Shown: piece after piece, positions 27,741 to 38,800 of the stretch
Numbering within the stretch: the stretch's first letter is position 1
Layout: every line of letters starts with the position of its first letter
DNA from: Octopus vulgaris
Taxonomy: Eukaryota
Reading direction: 5' to 3'
Assembly (NCBI GenBank): GCA_951406725.2
Contig: OX597838.1
Coordinates: 25,482,001-25,546,000 of the forward strand
DNA length: 64,000 bases
Program-made: the position numbers and the translations under genes
The notes under the pieces: generated by a model
The model's database searches: none
The model's input: the letters and a program-made list of their open reading frames with translations, nothing else
What the model was told of the DNA's origin: nothing

Positions 27741-28721
27741 ATGTGGTGCTGTAAAAATAAAAGGCTCCAATATATGTTTGTCTGTTTGGCTCTCTGTCCA
27801 TATTTTATTTATAATAAAATACACTAATTTCTCAAGATTTAGCTTGTTTTTTGTCTACTTCTCAAAGTTTCTTTTTTCATGATTGTCTGATTGAATACAG
27901 TTCAACAATGGCGGTCTGACTGACTGAGTTATTGCGACACCCAGAGTTGTAGCATAAGACATCAACCAACCACACACACACACACACACACATGCACGCA
28001 CACAGGGTTGGAGAGAAAAAGATGTTTGATTTCAAGATGCTAGGTTTCGCAAATGAGATGATGCAGAATTTTAAGTTGTAGGGATAAGGTGTATTGTAGA
28101 CCTGTCTATAAACAGGATGGAGAAACTATGATGAAATATTAACGTGTGTGTGAATATATCTGTTTCATCTTTCTATCTATCTCTCTATATATGTATTTAC
28201 CTATCTATCAATCAATCTGTATCTATCTATAACTATGTCTCTCTCTCTCTCTCTCTCACTTTTTGAAATCGAGTGAGGGTTGTGAGTGTCACTCTCATAC
28301 AAGTGACATTCTTCATTTCCAGTCTTCTGTGGAAAACAATGTCTTGCTGTGGAGAAATATCACTCTGATTGGAAACAGGTGAAGGTTGGCAACAGGAAGG
28401 GCATCTGGGTTGGAAATTCTGCCTCAGCAAATTCCATTTAGCTCATCAATACATGGAAAAGTGAATGTTAAATGGTGACGATCACATACATACACATGAG
28501 TGAATGGACAAGCGAAAGAAAAACAAAGAGGCACTCAACACATTTAATTGGAGTTATATATCTTACCATTTAAAGCAGTTGGGTTTGGCTCCATGCAACT
28601 TGCAAGTTTCATAGGTTCGTTACAGAAACCTAGCTTATCGGCTCTATCAATGTTTTCAATAACAATAATAATAATAATAATAATATAATAATAATAATAA
28701 TAATGATGATAGTAATAATGA

Positions 28722-28930
28722 TCCTTTTTACTATAGGCACAAGGCCTGGGATTTGAGGGAAGGGGAATAGTTGATTATATCGACTCCAGTGTTTCATAGG
28801 TAATCAATTTATTGACCCTGAAAGGATGAAAGGCAAACTCGACCTTGGCAGAATTTGAACTCAGAACTCAGTGTAAAGACAGATGAAATGTTGCTAAGCA
28901 TGCTAATGATTCTGCCAGCTCACTGTTTTA
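28722..28930 (-). mobile_element. SINE family B within (TAA)n
   Basis: Reverse-complement core gaccctgaaaggatgaaaggcaaa...gaatttgaactcagaa, with (TAA)n on both sides. Confidence 0.8.
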
Positions 28931-29023
28931 AATAATAATATTAATAATAATAATTATTATTATTATAGATAGGCAGACAGACAGATGGCTGGACAGATGG
29001 ATGGACAAGTGGATAGATAGATG

Positions 29024-29069
<46 letters not shown>

Positions 29070-29511
29070 TGGCTGGACAGATGGATGGACAAGTGGATAG
29101 ATAGATAGATAGATAGATGGATGGACAGATAGATGGATAGATTAGGAAAAAGTTGATAAAGACTTTGAAATTTCAGTACTCATTGATTTTGTCAGAATGT
29201 CTGACAAAACCAATAATTAGTGAAACTTTGATGTTACTGTCAACCTTTTCCTTGTTAAAAATAAATGTATTGAGAGTGATACTTCAGTCAGTGTTTGATT
29301 TGTATATAACTGTACATAATCGCAAACATTAATATATACATTCACTCTCTAGTAATGCTTTTTCTCATAAAATCTCATGCAGCCATCTTAAGATGAGAGG
29401 AGAAAGAGACAACTTAGAGTAAGCTTAATCAGACATCTTTCTCTCAACATGAAACTTAAGTTGATGTTGTCAAATTCTAAAGATTCTCTGTGTGTTTGTG
29501 TGTGTGTGTAT

Positions 29512-29730
29512 ACGAAGGGGTGCTGAAAAGTTCCTGGCTTTGGGTAAAAGAAAACACAGGAGGATCAGTTAATTTTGATTTTATTGAATATAGTCCCCTC
29601 TCGGATTCATATACTTAATACAGCAGTCCTTCAGTTTTCCTAAACCCTGTAAAAGAACTTGGAAGGTTGGGCCTCCAACCAGGCTTTCCACAACACCTTT
29701 AAAGCCAAGAACTGTTCAGCACTTCCTTGT
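29512..29730 (-). mobile_element. Mariner-derived non-autonomous element (TIRs plus transposase C-terminal remnant)
   Basis: TIR (ta)cgaaggggtgctgaaaagttcctggct; right end agccaagaactgttcagcac; internal minus strand resembles the mariner tail ...KL..RW.KC....GDYIE*; second copy at 47163-47383 in opposite orientation. Confidence 0.75.
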
Positions 29731-29756
29731 GCTTGCGTGTGAGATATATATATATT

Positions 29757-29997
29757 ACTCTTTACTCTCTTTTACTCTTTTACTTGTTTCAGTCATTTGA
29801 CTGCGGCCATGCAGGAGCACTGCCTTTAGTCAAACAAATCGACCCCGCGACTTATTCTTTGTAAGCCCAGTACTTATTCTATCAGTCTCTTTTGCCGAAC
29901 TGCTAAGTGACGGAGACGTAAACACGCCAGCATCGGTTGTCAAGCAATGCTAGGGAGACAAACACAGACACACAAACATATACACACACATACATAC

Positions 29998-30028
<31 letters not shown>

Positions 30029-30197
30029 TATATACATATATACGACAGGCTTCTTTCAGTTTCCATCTACCAAATCCACTCACAAGGCATTGGTTGGCCC
30101 GGGGCTATAGCAGAAGACACTTGCCCAAGATGAAACGCAGTGGGACTGAACCCGGAACTATGTGGTTGGTAAGCAAGCTACTTACCACACAGCCACT

Positions 30198-30200
<3 letters not shown>
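29757..30200 (-). mobile_element. Full-length SINE family A
   Basis: Reverse complement of the 14343-14730 element. Confidence 0.9.
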
Positions 30201-30234
<34 letters not shown>

Positions 30235-30897
30235 AATCTGGTTCTTGAAAGAAGGCCCAAGGTATTACTAATCTCAAACCACACTCCTCAGATACTAGAA
30301 AGTTAACTGGGCAACAATGGACGCTCTGTGTAGTTTCTTGAACTGCTAGATATAGCAGTGAGGCATCCTTGGCCTGGCAGTGTAAACATTGCTGACTTGT
30401 CAAGATATGTTGAACAGCTGTTGCTGTTAATAGCTGTCAGCTAAAATTACAATGGGGATGATGCTGATGTAGTCACTATCCCTGCTGTGCTTTTTTTTCC
30501 TTTGGCCAGAAAGAGCAGACATGACATTTTCCTCCCCTATCCAGTGGTCATCATGGACAAAGAAGATTTATGGTGGGAAAAGACTAAGGAATAAGTACAG
30601 GTTGGGGCAGGGGCGTGAGCAAAGGTTGAGAGTGTTGAAGATGGCTCTTGTGAATGGGCCTACTTGGATTACAAGCTTGTAAACCAGAGGACACAGTTGA
30701 GTGAGAGCAGCTGTTCTAGATGGTAAGGGCAATCTGGGATCTGTGGGGTTCCTTGATTAGCTCCATGTTGCCATTCCCTATTATGATATTTCATTTCATT
30801 TCATACTATTGTCCCCACCCAGCCACCTGTTTTCTTGTAATATCTCTTGGTAATGCCCCCTCCCCCTGCCTATTGTCCTTGTGGCAAATAAAAGTTG

Positions 30898-30930
<33 letters not shown>

Positions 30931-31002
30931 TAGGAGTTGGCAGTAACAAATGTCTTTCTGTGTTGTTGCTGTTATACATGTGTGTGCCTGCTTGCTTTCT
31001 GT

Positions 31003-31042
<40 letters not shown>

Positions 31043-32019
31043 ATGTGTATATTTCTGCTGTGTGTAATGTATGGTGTGTATGTGTGTGTGAGAATTTGTG
31101 TATGGCAGTGTATCATGTCCATTCTATGTGTGTGACATATGTATATCTACATGGCTTATGTGTACGTGTATGTGTGTGTGTGTATGTGTGAGCACACATC
31201 TTTTGTGTGATGTATTTCATATAGAAGGTATTATGTCGTTTGTGTGTGTGAGATAGAGAGATAGACTGAAAGAAATAGTGAGAGAGAGGGAGGAAGAAAG
31301 ATGGAGGAAGTGTTGTATAGGTGTGTGTGTGTGTGTGTGGTGGGTGATGTAGAAGAGGCGAGGTATGGTGCAGGATGTATGTCATGTGACCATGATGTGA
31401 TGATGTTCGATCAGATTCTATGTTAGGTCATTATTGATCTGTCATTATCAGCAGTCAGGTCTGTACTGGATAGGATAGGTTCTAAAACTGTGTGTGTGTG
31501 CAGTTGTATAATGCTGATGTATAGGGTGTGTGTATATGTGAAACTGTGTATATGTGTGATTGTGTAATAGCAATGTATGTGTGTGTGTGAGACTGTGTGT
31601 GTGTGTGATTGTGTAATAGCAATGTATATGTGTGTGTGTGAATGTGTGTGAATTTGTGAGTGAATGTGTGTGTATTTGTGTGATTGTGTAATAGCAGTAT
31701 GTATGTATGTGTGTGTGTGTGTGTGAAAGAGAGAGGCTGTGAATACGTGTGCATGAAGATGTGATTGTGTAATAATGATTTATAGGTGTGTGAGATTGTG
31801 CATATGTGTGAGTGTATGGTAGTGATGTTTAATGTGTAAATGTGTGATCATGTGTGTAACTATTGAATAGTAAGATGTAGGTGTGTGTGTGTGTGTGTGT
31901 GTGATTATGTAATAATGAGGTAGAAGTGTATGTGTATGATAATGGGGTATGTGTGTGTGTGTGTATGTATAATTGTGTATACTGTGTATGTGTGTGTGTG
32001 TGTGCGTAAAAGTGAGGTA

Positions 32020-32169
32020 GGCGTGGCTGTGTGGTAAGAAACTTGCTTCCCAACCACATTTTTCTGGGTTCAATCCCACTGTGGGGCACCCTGGGTAAGT
32101 GTCTTCTACTATAGCCTTGGGTTGACCAAATCCTTGTGAGTGGATTTGGTAGACGGAAACTGAAAGAAG

Positions 32170-32226
<57 letters not shown>

Positions 32227-32410
32227 GATATGTATGTATATACATTTGTGTGTGTGTCTATATGTGTCCCCTGCCACCATCACTTGACAACTGATGATGG
32301 CAAGTTTACATCCCCATAACTTAGCAATTCGGAAAAAAAAGGCCGATAGAATAAGTACTAGGTCAATTTCTTCAAGTAAAACCCATTAAGCTGGTGCTCC
32401 AGCATGGCCG
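32020..32410 (+). mobile_element. SINE family A
   Basis: Head ggcgtggctgtgtggtaag...gggttcaatccc, internal (TG)n, family A 3' part. Confidence 0.85.
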
Positions 32411-33199
32411 CAAGAGTGATAATGTGTGTACAGCAGATCCAGTTGCATCCCTTCATGTGAAAAAGTAACTTAGCTATTTAACAAATTGAGATCAATAAAG
32501 TAAGTAGCAGACTGGAATAAATACCAAAGGTTGACATAATTGTGGTACTCCAGTATGGTCGTTGCTCTACTAAACAAAGCAGTAAAGGAAGCAGAGAATA
32601 AATTTCGTGTGTGTGTGTGTGTTTTATTTAATTTAATTTATATAATGTAGGAGTGATGGTCATGTGTAGGTGGGTGTAAGAATTAAGTATCACTTTGAAT
32701 ATACGTCTGTTTGTGCAATAGCAAAGTGTGTGTGTGTGTGTGTGTGTACACGTGAGTTGTGTTTGTCCCCCACCACTGGTGTTGGTTTGTTTATGACCCT
32801 GTAACCTAGTAGTTTGGCAAAAAAGAACTGATAAAACATGTACCAGTCCAAAATGAGTACTGGGGTTGATTTGTTTGACTAAACCCTTCAAGGTGGTGCC
32901 CCAGCATGGCCACAGTTTAATGACTGAAACAAGTAAAACAAAGAAGATAAGCATTGCTAGTGATTGAAAGATCAGTTTTGTCTTTAATCCTTTCTGGGTT
33001 TGGGTGGCCGGTGCTTGATGGGATAAGGCCCCAGTGAAAAAATAGATAGACTGGTCCTTGTGTTTATATCAGAAATTAAAACACCTGTTTTGCCTCTCTG
33101 TCTCTCTATCACACTCTGTCCTTTTATCATATGACACAAGACCCTTTCCTCCAATGCCTCCACCCCCTCAAAATTCCTTGTCTTGCAAGTTACTTGGGG

Positions 33200-33790
33200 A
33201 TCCTGCTGGTGCTGGTGCCACTTAAGCATCCAATCCACACTGTGAAGTGGTTGGCATTTGGAAGGGCATCCAGCTGTAAAAACCATGCCAAAACTGACCA
33301 CACCTGAGCTGGCACCACATAAAAAGCATCCAGTCCACACTATGAAGTGACTGGCATTTGGAAGGGCATCCAGCTGTAAAAACCATGCCAAAACTGACCA
33401 CACCTGAGCTGGCACCACATAAAAAGCATCCAGTCCACACTATGAAGTGACTGGCATTTGGAAGGGCATCCAGCTGTAAAAACCATGCCAAAACTGACCC
33501 TGTGTGCTGATGTCACATAAAAAGTACTGAGTCCACTCTGCAGAGAGATGGTGTTAGGAAGGGCATCTAACCATAAAAACCATTCCAAAACAGACCTTCC
33601 TTGTGTTGGTGCTACGTAAGAAGCACTCAGTCTACTCTATGGGGTGGTTGGGAAGGGCATCCAGCTATAAAAACTATGCCAAAACAGACACAGTAGCCTC
33701 ATATAGTCTTCCACCTGGCCAACTCCTGTCAACTGTCTTACCCATAGCAGCATGGAAAACAGACGTTAAACGATGATGATGATGATGATG
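33200..33790 (+). repeat. Tandem ~100-bp amplification within a family D element
   Basis: gaagggcatc recurs at 33261, 33361, 33461, ~33558 and ~33652; ends gacgttaaacgatgatgatgat. Confidence 0.88.
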
Positions 33791-34925
33791 AATAATAAAT
33801 TAATGTTTAAGTGAAATTAACAGTCTCTGTTTGTTTCTGGATGGTTAACTTGTGTCTTCCATGCTGCAGTAATTTTGTCATTATTAGGCTCTTAGGAACA
33901 TAAATTAACGTGGGATTTTGATGGAAGGTTTTTAATTTGGGTTGCTTTAAAGCAAGAAGTTTGTATTATAGAACCAGGGACAGTCTCAGGCAGGTTGGTA
34001 TCAAAGGAGTAAACTGTTTTGTTACCGTATTTCTGGTGGTAGAATGCCTTTGTTCCAATTAGTTTCGAAAATATTGAAGAATTTAGTGAAATTACCTTTT
34101 CATTATTAAGCTGGTGTTTAGAACATAAATAACGTCAAAATTTGACAGAAGGTTTTTATTTTACACCACTTTAAAACAGGAAGTTGTGTCATAGAACAAG
34201 GGGCAGTTTCAGGCAGATTGGTAAGCAAAATGGCAAATGGTAAACAATTAGATATTTATGTAACTGCAACCATTTATAACTCTTCATGGCTGGAAATTGT
34301 TTGACCATTAGGTCTGGTGAGAAAGTTCTGATCTTGGTTTAGTCAATGACATCTTCACTACTACCACCAGGAAGAGTCTATTGACCTCCAAAAAATAACA
34401 GCCAAATCACAGCCTGATGTCTTAAAAATGAAGGACATTGAATAATGCAGTTCTAGATGCCTCCCTTTCTTCATGTATCATACCTTCAGGAATAGTGATC
34501 CTGGATCTCCATGCCAAATCCTGAAGATTCATAGTTTTTCTTGTTAAAGACAGCAGCAGTTTCCTGTTGCCCTCTGCTGGTTTATAATCCCCTATTATCC
34601 ACCCCACTAGTCTTCTACTCTTTTGAGCTTCCCTTTGAGGTGCAGGGCATATTTAACCTTTAGGCAAAGGACACTGACTAATGTGACATAAAGACCTGCC
34701 CACAGACTGGTGGCCTTTTGTGACACATGACTGAGGGCCAGCCCTTGTCTAACTCTTGTGTGTCTCAACCACAGGACTGTCTTCTGCTATCTGGCCCTAA
34801 CTGGATACACTGGACAGGTACCAGCATTCTAGGCCAGAGCAGATTTAGGACTAGTGGTGTGTAAGGAGTAACTCTACACTCCTTAAAACTCCTAAAGCTG
34901 GAACCTTGCCACTGGGGCAGTCAGG

Positions 34926-35148
34926 CCCTTTAGCATTTAAACTGGCCACATCCTGCCCGAATATTCTACCTGTTTTATGATCAAACAGGCCAGATCCAGC
35001 CTCTCATACCTTTCCTATGAGGTTATTCTAAAAATAAACATTCACGTCATCGAAATCTCAAAGCTATGAGATAATGCATGATTAATTCAGAACAGTGTGA
35101 ATAAATAAGCATTATATTTGACAGAGTAATCTGAATGCTAAAGGGCTA
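34926..35148 (+). mobile_element. TTAA-type (piggyBac-like) MITE family F
   Basis: TIRs ccctttagcattt ... gaatgctaaaggg; partial copy at 53340-53425 (-). Confidence 0.75.
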
Positions 35149-36344
35149 AAGTCTTGCTCATGGACAGACCAGTGAGGGGAAATCTTCTAAGCTGGGCATG
35201 TTGAAATTTTAATCTCTATCATAATCCCTTAATCCTGTTATGGAATATCTACATTGTCTGAACAAAAGATGGAATGGCTGTGTTTGGTGGATTTTGCATC
35301 AGAGGGTCTGTTGAATGAAGTCTGGTCTGAGGGGCAATAAGGACACAATAATAATCATTACAAACATTTCCATTGTTCAGCTACCCAAGGAGCCTTCAGA
35401 GTACCCAGTTAGGGCCAAATAGCAGAAGACAGTGCTGTAGCCAAGGTATACAACACCCTGAGAAGGGCTGACTCCTAAGACATGTCACACAGGGCCAACA
35501 GTGTGACACATATATGTGGACATGTCATTTGAGCCAGTCCCCTCTATCTAAAGGTTGAATGGGCCCCGTGTCTGAAGGGGAGGCACAAAAGAGCAGGAAA
35601 CTTGCAAAGTGATTTGCAAATAAAGCAACAAACAGCAACAGGAAATCTCTGCTGTATCTTTCACAAGAAAGTTACTTGATTTGTTAGAAATAGCATTCAA
35701 ATTGCCCTTAAATGATACCTAGCCATTTTTTAAAAATGGTTATGGGAAGGAATTAAAGCAAAAAAATACAGGATGGTTGGAGTTGGAATGTTTCTTAGGA
35801 ATTTAAGATCTACTGGATTAGAACTGACCTGTAATGGTTTAGATCCCATAACAGATCTGAGTGAAACCATTGCATGCGTACACATGTATGCACCATAGGT
35901 ATACCGCACCATTGCTGCTAGTACTATTTGCACCACTGCATTCAGTCAGCTGTGTCATTGCAGTTGCTACTATTGGACACTGGTTATAAATGCAGACATT
36001 GCACATAACGTGTGACAACCACACACTCGCGTGCACATGCATGCTTTCATACACTCACACAAATTGTCACACATATATTCTCTCATAAACACAAATTCTC
36101 TGTCTCTGTCTGTTTCTCTTTCTCTCTCTCACACACACACACACACACTAAGTCTCTAATGCATGCACACACACACACACACTCATACACAAATTCTCTC
36201 TCTTATACACGACTTATCTCACACAGACATACATACACACAAAATCTCACACACACATACAAATTCTCTCATGCATACACACTCACAAACTCTCTTATAC
36301 ACACATACTCACACGCATAAATTTTCCCACGCACACATTTACAT

Positions 36345-36375
<31 letters not shown>

Positions 36376-36419
36376 TACACACAAGTTGCTTCATGAATGA
36401 ATGAATGAAAATTAAAGGG

Positions 36420-36740
36420 TGTGGCCAAGCACTGCACAGCACGGCATGACACGGTGTAACGCAGCAATGATGGGCGCTGGACGCAGTGTCGCGTGAGTGT
36501 TGTCTGAGTTTGTGAGTGGAGGGTGAGGCTGTAGGGGTGGGGGAGAAGAACCGGTGGGGATAGGGAGGGGAACAGGCAGACTCTGTCCAATGGTAGCATG
36601 GGGGGAGGAAGAGGAGGAGGAGGGAGAGAGCAGTACAACGCCGCCCCCTCGTCCCCGTTTGGGATAACCATATATGGTCGCTTCTCTGTAGCTAGCTTAT
36701 CTCTGATTGGTCGATTAACTAGCTGCAGATGGGCCAGAAT
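36420..36740. promoter_or_regulatory. Candidate intronic enhancer/promoter: CpG-rich island with CCAAT, GC/EGR box, CArG box and E-box
   Basis: About 14 CpG in ~280 bp; CCAAT 36587, CCGCCCCCTC 36641, CCATATATGG 36668, ATTGG 36706, CAGATG 36726. Function is inferred from motifs only. Confidence 0.4.
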
Positions 36741-37011
36741 GAGGAAGATGCTGCTGCTACTACTACTACTACTACTACTACTGCTGCTGCTGTTGTTGCT
36801 GCTGATGCTGCTACAGCAGTGTTGCTGTGTGCATGCTTCTGTGTGTATGAGTGTGTGTGTATGTATGTATGCATGTATATGAACATGAGTGTGGGTGTTT
36901 CTCTATCTGTCTGTGTGAAAATTCTCTGAATGGCTAGTTTGACCTTCTTCGATCACCTTCACCCGTATTTCTGTCTGTGTGTCACCCAGTCACATTTTGT
37001 GTGTGTGTGTT

Positions 37012-37046
<35 letters not shown>

Positions 37047-37690
37047 ATTTGTGTTTGAGCCTGCTTGTATATATGTATGTGTGTGTGTGTGTGTGTGTGT
37101 ACATATGTCTAATAAAACTATATGTGTGTGCATGTTCCCAAGAATATGTGCGTATGCACATATGTTCACGACCGTGTGTGTGTGTTTATACGCATAGGTC
37201 CAGGAAGGTGGGTGTGTCTGCCTATGGATGTGTGAGTGTCTATCTGGATGTGTATGTGTGTACATCCGTGAATGGAAGCTGTGTATCAGTGGATATATAT
37301 TTTTAAATGTGTTGTTTTATGGGTGTGTGTGTGTGTATGTGTGTATGAATGGATGTTAATGTATGTGTGTGTGTGTGTGTGTGTATACATTTATATTTCT
37401 ATGAGTGCCTTCAATGTGTCTGTGTGTCTCAGCAAACACAAGCCATATTTTTGTCTTTCATCACATGATTGGTGATGCTTCTACTAATACTACTACTATT
37501 ACTACTACTACTGCTGCTGCTGCTGCCACCATAAGGACTGCTACTACCACCCTTCTCCCTTCTCAATTTCCCCCTTCCTCCTTTTGTGCTTTCTTCTTAT
37601 CATCGGGTTCCCTCTCTGCACCCACCCTCACTTCATTCTGATGACTTTTCTCACCAGACCACCCATATATGGTAAAAGAGATGTGGGTGG

Positions 37691-37782
<92 letters not shown>

Positions 37783-38319
37783 TATACACACATACATGTA
37801 TATGTATTTCATTTTCCTCTCATCTGTTATCTCTCTCTCTCCCTCTCTCACCAACACACTGTGATGTTTGCCAGTCACAAGACAAAACCACTTGTTGGTT
37901 ACCATTCCTTGAGTGCCCCCCTCCCAATCCACACCACCTCATCAAAACAAGAAACTTGTTGGTAGGGGGCACTGCATGTCTACTTGTAAACTTGCCTTAT
38001 TTTGATATTATCTTGAATAACAAAAATCCAGAGCTCTTCTCAGCTGGTCAGGGATGGGAGTGGGGTGGAGATGATGATGGGGGGGTGAGTGCTCCCACCC
38101 CTTCCCTGCACGGGTGCCCTTTTTTTCCTTTGATCTTCCCCTTGTCATTGATGGTCACATCAGTGTCCCTCTACATTCTTCGTTGTCTTTCACATTCTCT
38201 AGTTGTCACCTACACTCACCCTGTCATTATCCTCACTCACCTGTTGCCAGTTTCACGCACTTGTTGCTATCTACACTCTTTTCTCTTGATACCACCCACA
38301 CTCTTCTGTTTGTTACCAG

Positions 38320-38800
38320 CCTCACTCTCCTGTTGCTGGCTATACTCTTCTCTTGTTACCACCCACACTCTCCTGCTGCCTGCCTCACTCTCCTGTTGCC
38401 TGCCTCACTCTCCTGTTGCCTGTCTCACTCTCCTGTTATCTGCCTCACTCTCCTGCTACCTGCCTCACTCTCCTGCTACCTGCCTCACTCTCCTGTTGCC
38501 AACCTCACTCTTCTGTTGCTAACATCACTCTCCTGTTGCCAACCTCTTTCTTCTGTTGCTAACATCACTCTCCTGTTGCCAACCTCACTCTTCTGTTGCT
38601 AACATCACTCTCCTATTGTCAACCTCACTCTTCTGTTGCTAACATCACTCTCCTGTTGCCAACCTCACTCTTCTGTTGCTAACATCACTCTCCTGTTGCC
38701 AACCTCACTCTCTCATTGCCAGCTTCACTCTTCTGTTGCCAGCCTCACTCTCCTGTTGCTAGCTTGTTATCACCCACACTCTTCTATTGCCAGCCTCCTT
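38320..38800. repeat. 20-bp minisatellite (ctcactctcctgttgccaac) with a 40-bp dimer phase
   Basis: Over 20 units; aacatcactctcctgttgcc alternates with aacctcactcttctgttgct at ~38500-38700. Confidence 0.92.

Noticed and set aside
30500-30930. Possible LINE 3' end sharing a tail (ccttgtggcaaataaaag) with SINE family B
   Set aside because: Similarity is only ~15 nt and I could not read a supporting ORF.
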